Shown piece by piece: positions 24,768 to 37,694 of a DNA stretch of 64,000 nt; the first letter of the stretch is position 1, and each line of letters begins with the position of its first letter. The notes under the pieces are model-generated. The model searched no databases and was not told the DNA's origin. It saw nothing but the letters and a program-made list of their open reading frames with translations. Made by a program: the position numbers and the translations under genes. The DNA is taken from contig OZ024746.1 in NCBI GenBank assembly GCA_964016885.1, forward strand, positions 64,356,001-64,420,000. Reading direction: 5' to 3'. Origin of the DNA: Eledone cirrhosa (taxonomy: Eukaryota).

Positions 24768-27700
24768 ATAGGTATTGTAATAATGATGGTATAATGCTGG
24801 CCTTTCTATTTAATTTTAGCCAAGATGTTGAACAGTTGATGTTTGTTTCTTTTTTTTTTTTTACTATAAACTATTCTACGATATAGTTGTATTGATAACT
24901 ATTATCATTTGAGATGTTTTAAGATAATTAGAACAGGACACCTGGCTTAAGAATATAATACATCATGAGCCCATAAAAAGTTGTGATATATGTGCTATTT
25001 TCTATATATTGTCTAGGTGACAGATTGACAGCATTCTTAGGACATAAGAAAAAAATGACTTGTGGTTTATTTGTTCAGACTTTCTTTGCTCTGAGTCCAA
25101 ATGTTGCCCACTTTATTTTATCAGTGTTGATAAAATAAAGTGGGTTGATGGAATTGTTTAAGTGTTGGACAAGATGTCTCATGCTATTTGTTTCAGTTCT
25201 TTGCGTTCTCGGTTCTTGGGTAGTAGACTTAATCCATTACTTGCTTTAATGTCATATCTTGATTCTTGAATGTTTTTGTTGTAAGCTGTTGGGTCAGCTT
25301 GACGATAACGTCTTTCCTTGTACAAGTCTTGAAGACCTTGAAAAAATAAAGGGTCATGGATATTGGCCTTCTCTCCTTGATTAAGCTGTATAAAATTATC
25401 AATAGATTTTATCTTGGTTTTGGGCTTCAGAATGTTAAGATATATATATAGAAATGTGAACTGATAACTAAGTTCAAACTTGTTAATGCTGATATTGATT
25501 CACAATCTAGTTACAAGATCTTAACAAACACCTTTCTTCTATTCTATGAATGAATAAAATATAATTTTCTTCTGTTGCTCGTCATGTATTTTATCATTTG
25601 AGAGAATGTTGAATATAAAATTAGTTCTGACATTATCTTATTAAATATTAGTAACAAATGTACTTGTAGAATGATTAGGATATTGGATTATTGGCAATGA
25701 ATTTGTCCCTTAGGTGAGGCACATTACTCATCTTGATGTGTTCTACCTAGCTAGAAAATTTGCATTACTTTTATTTCATGCATGAAGGATTATAATCAGG
25801 AAAGTCACCCAGCTGCAAAACACCTGCCACAATAGTTGATATAGTTTTTATTATAGAAGCTATAAAATGTTGAAATACAAAAAAAGGTAAAAAAAGGTGC
25901 GCATGTGTGACAATAGTAATTATGTGAAAAATACTTCATTGATTATAAAATATTACATAATGTTCCTTTTGATTACATCCTTGAGAAATGATAATTATGA
26001 CATAGCTATTATTAATTACATATACGTGATCAATTGATATCATCATCATCAGATTGATCTTGATTGGGTTTCATTGGCAATGAGCTTCAACTGATCCTTG
26101 TTTTCCATTCCAACTGGTAGGGGTTCCTGACTAATCAGTGTCATATTACAGCAATTCAATGTATATAGTTGTGTGTTTACCTTGCTTTGTTTTCCTTTGT
26201 GCTGTTTCCCATAGTAGCATTTGCTAAATTAATTCATCTTGACTTTTCCAGAAGTGACAACTGAACTTTAGTTTAGTTAGAGTTGCAGTTATCTTGGGAA
26301 TGCTGTTATATAGTTGTTTTTTTGGGAATAAGTGTATGCTCCTTAATGTATTTGTTGCTGGTTTGAGCAGCCAAGTGTATTTATATTAGCCAATACAATT
26401 ATTACAGCCATTGTTCTATGGTGGTTTTCAGGTGTTGTTTGTTTACCTGCTATTTCGATATCTTGTTTTTACTTTGAACTACAAAATCTTTTATTGTACC
26501 TTTTTAGCCACCCCATTCTATAGTTTTCTATAACTAACACTGACATCAGCTATCATTAACATTCAGTTACTATTAACATCTTCACCATCACATCTTATTA
26601 CATGCCAACACTATTTTGCTTAATATTTATCATAGTTAGAAACTGCTATCGGCTTATAACACATTTTTATTCACTTGTTATTTTGTTCTATCACATTTTC
26701 ACATCACTCTCTTTTTCAAAGACCCCTTATATTTTATTCCCCTCTTCTTTCCTTCCTAGCCCTTCTTAATTTTATGAATGAAAGGTTTTTGCTATAAATA
26801 TTACATATACACTTTGTTTTTTATTGCTTGTTGAAGTAAACATTTCATGGCTGCCTAACATTTCTAAAGATGCCACTCAACTGTAAAGCGAGATTTATTT
26901 GTTGTTAGGTTGACTGAAGTTAAAAAAGAAAAGGCTTTGATAAATTTATATGGATTTGAACTCCTAACTTTTGGGTCAGTTAACATTTTCATTTGTTGTT
27001 TATTTATAAATCTTATGTACAGTGTAGAACAACATATTTAGTTTAGCACTTTGTATATGGGCCTCATATCACATATTTACACATGCTAATGCATTTTTTA
27101 TCACTTTCATTAGCTGTGAGATTTTATTCTCATTTGTCATTGTTGTAATGATAACTTACAAAACAGGTGATTTTCTTCTCTTGCCTTGAACTTATTGCCA
27201 GAAACTAGGAATTACTTGACTATATCAATGATAATTTGACATGGTTTTAGTGATAATTTACCATGGAGGAGTAACCTTATTAGATACCTGAGCATTCCTA
27301 AAACCTATATTTATATAGCAGGAAGAGCTCCTTTGTAACATTCGTTTTATCACATGTGACAAAATATAATTTTTCTCACAGGCATTTTCCAATTTCATTT
27401 TGCCATCTCTTGCCTATTTCATTTTGCCATCACTAGAATGAAGCAAAAGAGTGAAAATCAAATAATAAACCACGAGTTTAATACAAATTGCCAACTATCA
27501 CATTTAGATGCTCTGTTCAAAAGATAGTTAATAACAATTATTTCTAAAAGCGAATCTTTATAGAAAATAATTCAAACGCTCATGTGAAAACTTAATAATT
27601 AGAATAGAATTATTAAAATATTTTTTTTGTTTGTTGCTATTCTCATTTTATTATTATCTTTATAAAATGATCTCAGACAAATATTCTGAAATAAAACCTA

Positions 27701-27871
27701 ATGCTGCTTTTGTTCTGATAATCATGAAATGTGCTCATTGAATGATGCCTGATAATGAACTTTTCATATACATTTAAACACATTGATCTTTTGTGTATTG
27801 TAGGCATTATATTTTTTTCTATATGTCATATGAGAAACATTTTGTTTGCTTTATTATACAAAAACTAAAAA

Positions 27872-27926
<55 letters not shown>

Positions 27927-29324
27927 TACACACACACACACACATGTATACACAGGCCTTGTTACTTTATTATTTCATTACTCAAATTGAAAAAGACCCT
28001 AACCTCCTCATTATAATGGCAACTTCATGACATAAACTTAATTCCATTGACTATCTAGTGAAATTGAATGTGCTTTTTCTACTGCAAAGTTCAGCATTAT
28101 ATATACATGGTTATATATATTGATGTACTGTAGTAGTATATCAACCAACAAAACTTATATAATGTCTACTTTTACTAAACATTTGTTACACAACTGATGT
28201 AAAGAGATTATATTGAATGGCTTATATTAAAGTCTGGGATGGAGAATAGGTGCCATTTTCAATACATGTGAATAAAACATTAAATGTCCTACATAGTAAA
28301 TTGTGTTAAGGCAACTCCTAAGATGGGAAATGAAAGGATCAAATATAACTAGAAAGATATGTATAATTTAGAAAAATTGCTCCTCAAAATGTTCAAATTG
28401 TTTCCCTCTGGGACATGCATCAAACATTCATTATCACAAATCTAGCTGTTATTTATCCATTTTTCAATCGTTAAAGAATAACCACTGGATCTTTATAGCC
28501 TGTAAAACATTAACCTGTCACTAGTACCCATTTTAAGATAGTAGTTTTCCTATTTAAAGCATGTTAATGTTTTTATTAATACTATCATCTTCTTACTGTT
28601 CATAATTTGCAAGTTAGATCATGAAAGGTGATACTTTGTTTTTAAAAAAATGCCTACAGATATTGGTTAAGTTCAGACAAAAATAACTGGTATCTTGGAA
28701 TCGCTCTCTTCAAAATCAACTAAATCGTCATTATATTGAAACTAGTTTTGTAGTCTTTTTCCTCTCTAGTTGTCAATATGGTTGCTACTACAACAACAGC
28801 AATAATTGTTTTCATTTTTACCAACTCGCATGTGTAATATGCCCCCAGCCTGAATCTCACTTAAAATGATTTTGCCCTACCTTGAAGCTGTCAGATATTT
28901 TCGATTTCTTCCTGAAACTGGGTTTGAGATATGTTTTTTTCTTTTTCCAATTTTCTAGATATATTTTAAAGATTTATTCATTTATCATTATTATTATTGT
29001 TGTTGTTTCCATTCAAATATTTTCCTCTGTTACAATGGTAGTTAGTTTGCCAATATATATACTTATTTAGTTAAATGCATGGGATATATACCTAATTATA
29101 TAGAATGCCAACACTAATCATCTAGAAGACTGGATGTGTAAAAAAATAAATAACGAATATAACTAATTTCATCAAAATATCTAAGCAATACAGAATGTAT
29201 TAAAAAATATTTTGAATATTCTTCAGTGTACGAACTTGATTTAAATTAAGATAGAGCAAATAAATATGAAACAATTTATTTCTTATCCTTGTTGCTAAAT
29301 TGATATCTATAAATAATAATGAGC

Positions 29325-31070
29325 TGATTTTTAATGAGGAACCAGATTGAATTTTGTAAAAGGCCAGTGAAGTGTAGTTGATTAATTTATCTTCAGTATA
29401 TTGTTATTAAATATTTTATTAACCCTTGAAGGATCAAGTGTAATGTTGACCTAAGAGAGATTTGAACTTAGAATATTGGCAAAGAAATATATTATTGTTT
29501 CTATTTTTGGCACAAGGCCAGCAATTATCCCAGGTACTTTATTTTATCGACCCCTTAAGGATGAAAGGCAAAGTTAACCTCGGCGGGATTTGAACTCAGA
29601 CCATAAAGGGCCGTAACTCTTTGCTGCAAAGCATGGCGTCCGACTCTAAAGAAATATATAATTGTTTCTACTTTAGGCACAAGGCCAGAAATTACCCAGT
29701 ACATTACTGGTACTTTATTTTATCGACCCCGTAAGGATGAAAGGCAAAGTTAACCTCGGTGGGATTTGAACTCAGACTGGGGCTAAACAACAACTTATTG
29801 CCTTAAACAGATATTCAATATTGATTTCTTACAATAATCTAATCTTTTAGAGTAACAGTTATAATAATGGTTTTCTGATTTAGGCACATTCCAACTTAGG
29901 TGGGAGCGGAAAGTTGATTACACTGCATACTGGTACTTTATTTTACTGACCCCCAGAAAGATGAAAGGCTAAGCTAACCTCTGAATGTTATAAATAAGGG
30001 TTATGATAATAGTTTCTACTTTTGGCACAAGGCCAGCAATTATCCCAGTGCATTACTCGTACTTTATTTTATCGAGCCCTGTAAGGATGAAAGGCAAAGC
30101 TAACCTCAGTGGGAGTTGAACTCAGAACGTAAAGGGCCATAACTCCATGCTGCAAAGCATGGTGCCTGATGCTCTTCCTATACTGCCAAACCACCACCCT
30201 TATAATAATAATCATTATCTTCATTTCATGTCCCTTAATAATAATAATAATTGTTTCCACCTTAGGCACAAGGCCAGCAATTACTCCAGTGCATTACTGG
30301 TACTTTATTTTATCGACCCCGTAAGGATGAAAGGCAAAGTCAACCTCGGCGGGATTTGAACTTAGATCGTAAAGGGACGTAACTATGCTGGAAGGCATGG
30401 CGTCCGACCCTCTACCGATACTGCCAATCCATCGCCCTCCCAATTAATTAATAATAATAATAATGATTTCTAGTATAGGCACAAGGCCAGCAATTTTTTT
30501 TTTTTGGGGGGGGGGGGGGAGTCGAATAATTTAACCCCAGTACATTACTGGTGCTTTATTTTATCAACCCCGTAAGGTTGACAGGCAAAGCTAACCTCGG
30601 TGAGATTTGAAATCAGAACAGAAAGGGCTGTAACTCTATGCTGTGAAGCATGTTGTCTGATGCTCAACCTATTCTGCCTATTCACCACCCTTAACAATAA
30701 TAGTAATAATCATTATCATCATTTCATGTCCACTTTCTAATGTTTACATGGGTTGGATGGTAATTTATAGACTAACAGGGATGAAATGTAAAGTTGATTT
30801 CTCTAGGATATCATCTCAGTACAGCAAAGGTAAATTGCCTTGCTTGGTGTTATATTGTTTCAACCATTTTCACATAGTTGCATTAATAGGACGTGATTTC
30901 TTTATTTTGCTTGACTGGTTACAAGGCTAATATTTGTATACAGATAGGTATAACTGGTTGAATGCACCACAGTATATTACAGGTACTTATTCTATTATTT
31001 ATGGAAGAATAATCAATAACATTGCGTCTGGTGGAATTTGAACTCTGAATACGAATGGCTGAATCTAAAT
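29325..31070 (-). mobile_element. Cluster of about 8-9 co-oriented Meta-SINEs of different ages
   Basis: Repeated Meta-domain/B-box segments at ~29330, 29490, 29660, 29860, 30005, 30245, 30455, 30770 and 30930. Confidence 0.85.
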
Positions 31071-31482
31071 TCCATTTCTACTACCTTGCCATGATGGCTG
31101 GAATATATTTTAAATATCTCTTTGAGTGAGCTGAGACCATACTTGTTAAATATTATTATCCACTAATGAGCTTCCCTGAGGAATGTGAACAGATGAATTA
31201 GCAATCATTGCGATATTTGAAATATTTTCCTAACAAATTGAACAATACTCATGAGAGTCTTTAGAAATATATTGTTCTCTCAGATAGAAATGGAAGTAAT
31301 CACATTTATGTAACCGAGTATTTGGGTACCCATTGATGGTAATTTCTCAATAGATCTGCAATAGACTAGCATCCATGAATACTTATTTCTGTTATAGCAG
31401 TTTCTCAATTGGCTACTTTGGCTGTTGCTGAGAAGAGATAATCCACTATAATAATATAAACAAGAGGATGTTGTTCTATATA

Positions 31483-31514
<32 letters not shown>

Positions 31515-33374
31515 AATTTTCCTTTTTTGCCATCCACTTGAGTAAGGTCTCATTATCTGTACTGCCAGCTCAAGAGCTACTACTCTCTTGTTTGGTTACA
31601 TGCTGACAGCTCAGTTTACACACTTCAAGCTTGTTATATAATTTTGTTATTTTTCACAGATGCCAGACTAGAAACACCTGAAACAATCAATACTTTTCTC
31701 TTTGCAAGCTTATAGAAGTATTTGTTCAGTTTTTTGTTTTTTTTTCCAATATAGAAATATTTTATATCTAAATTAATTACAGAAATATTTTTTTCCAATT
31801 TTAATTTTCAGAAATTATTCTGATGATTTTAGAGAAATGATTTTTAAGTTGTGTAAATTTTTCTTCTGTTAAAAAAAAATAGTAACTTTAAGTAATTTTA
31901 AGAATTCGTTGATTTTATTTTAGAAAAAAAAAACAAAAAAACTGAAAATAAAAAATTAACTAATATAAAAAAAATTGTAGAAAACATGTTTTCTCAATAA
32001 AACTAGATTCAAATGATGCATTGTTCGAGATCAGTTATTGTTAGAAATTGCTTTTCCTCACATAGATAAAAAAATTCTGTAGAAATTTGGGTGATATTCT
32101 ATTTTTAATCTCTTTATGTAAAAATTCAATTAATTTACGTAAAATTGTTCACGATTTAAATAAAAAAAAAAAAAACGTCTATCTGTGACTCAAATGGATG
32201 TATATAAATTGCTTGCATATCTTACTTAACCATTTCATGACCATATTTCTTATGAAACACTGTATTTAGTTGAATTTGAAAATAATCAAGAATTTGAAGG
32301 ATTTGATAAAATAACTTATTTTTATTAAGTTGGTGTTTAGAAGTTGGTGTTTAGAAGGAAACTCAACCAAAGGCTCCTTCATGTCATTTTGATGGAAGAT
32401 TTTAATTTATATATGAACAGTTTAAAGCAGCTAGGTGGCTTTGGTGGGTTAGATTGAAAGAGTTGAACGCTTATGAAATGACTAATAAATATATAGATCT
32501 CCCTTTATGGAATTGCTATGTGAACAGTCATCCTCTTGAAAATCCCTAAGGAGAGCAAATTAAGTGTCACAATAGAATATTTGCAACAGCTGTGAAAATA
32601 TCTTACTGAATATGTCAGCTCTGAAGGCTCTTGTGAATAAAGAGAGAAAGAAAGGGTAAATTATTTACTTAAGTTCATTCTTAGGTTTTCGTTTAGAGGT
32701 TTGTAATGTGATAGGGGACCTGAAATGATAAGAGTTGGAGCAAGCTATTAAAGGTCAAAAGAGATGCATTAAATTAGATCATATAAATGATTGATGCTGT
32801 AGAAACTGCTGCTATACCAAGAGGAAAAAATGTGTTATAGAACATAGCTGGCAAAGTATAATTGGATTCCAGCATTTCTTTAAGTTCAGACATAATAAAT
32901 ACTTAAGGAAATTAGTTATTGAGAACTATCAGGATTTCCATTAAGATAAAAAAAAAAAAAAAAAAAAAGGAAATACACCTCAGATAGTGCAATGTTTGAA
33001 ATAACACTAAAAAGATGGTTTTCTTGAAAACAAATGATGTCAAGACAAAAAATAAAGCAAATAATTGGGAATATATTTACCCTATGTGCAGTAGAATTCT
33101 TTTAGAATATTGGTTGCGAAAAACAATGTTGAAAAATGTGGTATTTAATCAAATGTTAATTTGGTCAGACTAACTGTTTTTAAAGTTTGTTTTATGGCTG
33201 CTCAGATTTTCAATGTTTTCATGCAATTCTTTCTTCAAGTTGAACACTTGAGTGTTTTCCTTAATGTTAATTTTCCTATTGTAAACTCAACATAAATGTT
33301 CTAAGCTATTATAATATATATTTAGTTTCATACATTCACGCACTAACACACCCACTGCCTTTATTCTCTTTCTT

Positions 33375-33432
<58 letters not shown>

Positions 33433-33434
33433 CA

Positions 33435-33519
33435 AGTTTAGTGAAGGCTATGGTAGCATGCTTGTTTGGCAAACAGGAGTTGTGGGTTCAACTCCCATGT
33501 AAGCTGACACCCTTTTTTT
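33435..33519 (+). ncRNA. tRNA-like sequence (GGC anticodon) followed by a T7 Pol III-type terminator; pseudo-tRNA or orphan SINE head
   Basis: Acceptor AGTTTA/TAAGCT; anticodon arm CTTGT-TTGGCAA-ACAGG; T arm GTGGG-TTCAACT-CCCAT; irregular D arm; TTTTTTT at 33513-33519. Confidence 0.5.
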
Positions 33520-34121
33520 CTGTTCAGGGGTCATAAATGCCCTGTTATTTGACCGTTTTCTGCAGTCAATAATGCAGCAAAGGCTTCTAATTCAGTTTTC
33601 AAATTTTATTTGCTGTCTTCTGAACACACACACATATTGCTTGCTAGAAAGATTAACTTCAAAGGAAAAAAGGTAAAATCTTATATTATTCTTTATTTGG
33701 TGTTTGCGCATGTGGGTGTTTGTGCGTGTGTTTGCTGATGGGTGTGCGTATGTGCTGTCATGCCAATTTTGACAGCATGTTGTAAAAGTTACAAATGTAA
33801 CTAAATTGTATTGAGTAGGTAGAAAACTAGAATTGATTCAGTTGTAATTCAAAATACTACAGATAGACAGATAAAAGGACAATTGATAAAAGTTGTAAGT
33901 GGAAACATTAGGGACTGTAGACATATAGACACAGTTAATATCAAATATAAAATATAGCAAGTTAGTTATATGCTGGTGGCATCAGATGTGTGGCTGTGGA
34001 AACTAAAGGAAGAAAAACACAATCTTTGATGTTTGATAGCAGTTTGAAAGGAATTAGTTTTGTGACAAGTTTCGTTTTTACCTGGAAATATGGACATAAT
34101 AATTTTGTAGAGAATATTATT

Positions 34122-34281
34122 GAAAGATGGGATGTCACTGGAATACTTCAATAGAAAAAAATAGTGAAGGGTTTTAAGAAAAAGAAAATGACAACAAAGA
34201 AAGGGAAAAAGAAAAGAAAGATGGGATGTCACTGGGATACTTCAATAGAAAAAATAGTGAAGAGTTTTCAGGAAAAGAAAA
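34122..34281. repeat. ~94-bp-period tandem duplication
   Basis: AAAGATGGGATGTCACTGGRATACTTCAATAGAAAAAATAGTGAAG present twice. Confidence 0.85.
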
Positions 34282-34439
34282 AATATGCAAGCTTGGTCTC
34301 ATTGGTTGGATAACATCTGAGTGAAAGTTTTAAGTGCAAAACATATGCATTCATTGATGCAACGATATGATCTGAATATGTACTTAAGGAGCATTAATAT
34401 ATACACTATCCCAGACACGAAAGGACAGATGTAATCTTT

Positions 34440-34905
34440 TAATGTAGTGTGTAGCCTGTATCTACATATGTATGTAACCTATATAGTGTGTAACTTGTAT
34501 GTACATATCTATGTATCTGTGTTAATGAAGTGTGTAACTTGTGTGTACATATGTATGTAACCTATATAGTGTGTAACTTGTATGTACATGTCTGTGTTAA
34601 TATAGTGTGTAACCTATATGTACATATGTATGTGTCTGTGTTAATATAGTGTGTAGCCAGTATGTACATATGTATGTCTCTGTATTAATGTAGTGTGTAG
34701 CCTGTATGTATCTGTGTTAAAGTAGTGTGTAGCCTATATGTACATATATATGTCTGTGTTAATATAGTGTGTAGCCTGTATGTACATAGGTATGTATCTG
34801 TGTTAAAGTAGTGTGTAGCCTGTATGTACATAGGTATGTGTTAAAGTAGTGTGTAGCCTGTATGTACATAGGTATCTGTGTTAATGGAGTGTGTAACTTG
34901 TATGT
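34440..34905. repeat. ~40-44-bp minisatellite, about 11 units
   Basis: Unit TAGTGTGTAGCCTGTATGTACATATGTATGTATCTGTGTTAA. Confidence 0.9.
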
Positions 34906-35161
34906 CACTCATTATTTTATTTTATTTAATGCACTCGGTAATTGCTGGCCTTGTGCCTAAAGTAGAAACAATTATTTTATTTTATTAAACATTGAGTAGA
35001 AAGTAAAGATTACTTTTTGTATCACCACCAACGTTAAAAGTCCATTTCCCCACGCTAGCATAGGTTGTATGTGTGTGTGTATGCACATATATATATCTAT
35101 CTATGTATGTGTGTGTGTGTTTGTATATACCTGTGTGTGTATATGTAGATATGTGTGTGTA

Positions 35162-35500
35162 TCATCATCATCATCATCATTTTACGTCCACTTTTCCCTG
35201 CTTGCAAGGGTGGGACGGGAATGGATTCTGGCTTGATTTCTACAGCTGGATGCCCTTCCTAACACCAACCTCATTTACAGTGTGGGCTGGGTGGTTTTTG
35301 CCGTGGCACCTCCACGACCACTTTGCAGTGGAATGATAGGGACCCCAGTCCCTATCATCTCATTTCTACAGCTGAGTAAACTGGAGCAATGTGAAATAAA
35401 GTGTCTTGCTCAAGGAAACATCACATCACTTGGTCTGAGAATTGAACTCACAACCTTTCAATTGCAAGGCCAATGCTCTAACCATTAAGCCATGTGCCCT
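35162..35500 (-). mobile_element. Full-length CORE/RTE-tail SINE
   Basis: Reverse complement of the 21056 consensus with (CAT)n tail. Confidence 0.92.
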
Positions 35501-35508
35501 CCATTGTG

Positions 35509-35594
<86 letters not shown>

Positions 35595-35599
<5 letters not shown>

Positions 35600-35887
35600 T
35601 ATCTCGCATTGCTCCAGTTTACTCAGCTGTAGAAATGAGATGATAGGACTGGGGTCCCTATCATTCCACTGCAAAGTGGTCGTGGAGGTGCCACAGCAAA
35701 AAAGCACCCAGCCCACACTGTAAATGAGGTTGGTGTTAGGAAGGGCATCCAGCTGTAGAAATCAAGCCAGAATCAGTTCCTGTATGAGCAAGACAAGGTC
35801 AGCTGATTGGACACTGTCCACAACAGGACAACCCGTCTAACCCATGCTAGTGTGGAAGAACGGACGTAAAACGGTGATGATGATGAT
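35595..35887 (+). mobile_element. 5'-truncated CORE/RTE SINE with alternative RTE tail
   Basis: Same body as module A but the tail is CCTGTATGAGCAAG...AACCCATGCTAGTGTGGAAGAACGGACGTAAAACGGTGATGATG; the same tail occurs at 45815-46005. Confidence 0.85.
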
Positions 35888-36832
35888 ATGTATATTCTTT
35901 TATTCTGTTATTGGTCTCCCAGTGGCCATGCTTGGAGACTGCCTTCAAAGGATTTAGCCGATCATATCGAGCCAAGTACTTATTTTTCCAGGCCTGGTAC
36001 ATATTTTATCTTTTTTTTTTTTTTTTGTTTTTGACAAACTGCTAAGTAAACAAACAGTAAACACTGACCCACACATGTCTATATATCTCTATCTATCTAT
36101 CTATCTATCTATACACACACACACAGACATATGTATACACCCTCCTCCCACGCACATCATTTATTTCACATCCATTTTATCCATGCTGACATTATGGGGT
36201 TGAAAGTTTGGTAGACAAAAACTGTAGACAAAAACGGGTCTCGTTCAACCCATGCTAGCAGGGGAAAAATTAAATGTAAAAGAGAAGATGATAATTATGA
36301 ACATCATCAATATCATCATTGTTTAACATCCACTTCCTCTGTTGGGTTGGCTGGGTTGTCAGCAGATCAGGTTCATACTCAAAGCAGAGGTACTGGCTCA
36401 ATGGTTGGTCAGGGCCTTGCAACTCATTTATGTTTCTCTACCCTATCAAACATTCAAAGTGATCTCGTACTTATTTTTTTCTGGCACCTTGTTAAATTAA
36501 GTCACATACAATAGTGTCTTTTATCAAGTGTGACAATGTTATCTCCAAAATTCAAGAGATATTCATTCAAAGCCTATTTCATGTGTTGTTAGAATATAGC
36601 ATCACATCCTATACTTTTAAAACAAAGTTTGGACACGTATAATAAAGTAGACCAAGATATAATATAACATAACTGAACTCCCTCCAGAAAACTGAATGTG
36701 CATGGCTGGAATGCCTTAGACATTTTGTCTGATGGGACTACACAACAAGTCTCACTCACATTAGTTCTGTTCGTATCTGACTATAGAATTAATCTGTTAT
36801 TTAGTTTAATACCACCACCACTTATTACTTCA

Positions 36833-37150
36833 GAAGGCATGTGGCCTAGTGGTTTATGGTTTGGACTTACTATCATAATGATTCCTGGATCAGCTAGTGT
36901 TATGTTCTTGTGCAAAACACTGCATTTTCCTATTGTGCCAGTATACTCATTTGAAAATGTGTACTGGTAGTATCTGGGGTTTAACTTTGCAATGGACTAG
37001 CATCCTGTCTAGAGGGTAACTTTGTACTCTCAGTTGCTTAACCCTTTAGCATTTACATTACTCTATATTTTCATGGTAAAGGCTTTATCTTACATAATTA
37101 TCTCACATAATATCGAATCTGAGATTTTGATATTATTTTTATTGAGAAAC
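36833..37150 (+). mobile_element. Old CORE-type SINE with GCAATGGACTAGCATCC body, interrupted by a family-1 MITE fragment at TTAA (37038)
   Basis: A-box GGCCTAGTGG, TTCTTGTGCAAAACACT CORE, then TTAA-CCCTTTAGCATTTACATTACTC. Confidence 0.6.
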
Positions 37151-37635
37151 ACTCCAGCGTTCTAATGAGTATGCAGCTTCTTGGGTCATGTGTTCAGTCA
37201 TTTATATAAAATAAGTCATATAAACAAGTTATATATATTAATTAACTAACCTATGTTTTCTGAATTGTATTTCTTTTTTAAATCTTATAAATTCCCAAGC
37301 TAGAATAAAAAAGAACAAAACAAACAAAAACAAAAAAAGAAGTCAGGTAATACTTTATTGATTACTATTGATTTTGAATTTCTTCTCTAGGGTTAGGATG
37401 TGTTTGATCTGTAGACAGGATACATGTTTCAAAGTCTTAGATTATTTGTAAAAATTGAGCGAGCTGTTTAATGTAGAAGTATAGGAAGAAAACCTAATCA
37501 TGTTGAAAGGAAATAGATTAATGATGCAGTGAACTGGTTTAAATCAAGTTGCTATAGGGAATTCTGGCTGTAATAGATGCACCAGAGACTAGGAATTACA
37601 TTTAATTACAGTTAATAGCTCTAAGGAAGTGACCT

Positions 37636-37694
<59 letters not shown>

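Noticed and set aside
26055-26096. Small hairpin as pre-miRNA
   Set aside because: The stem is too short and irregular, and I recognise no conserved miRNA.
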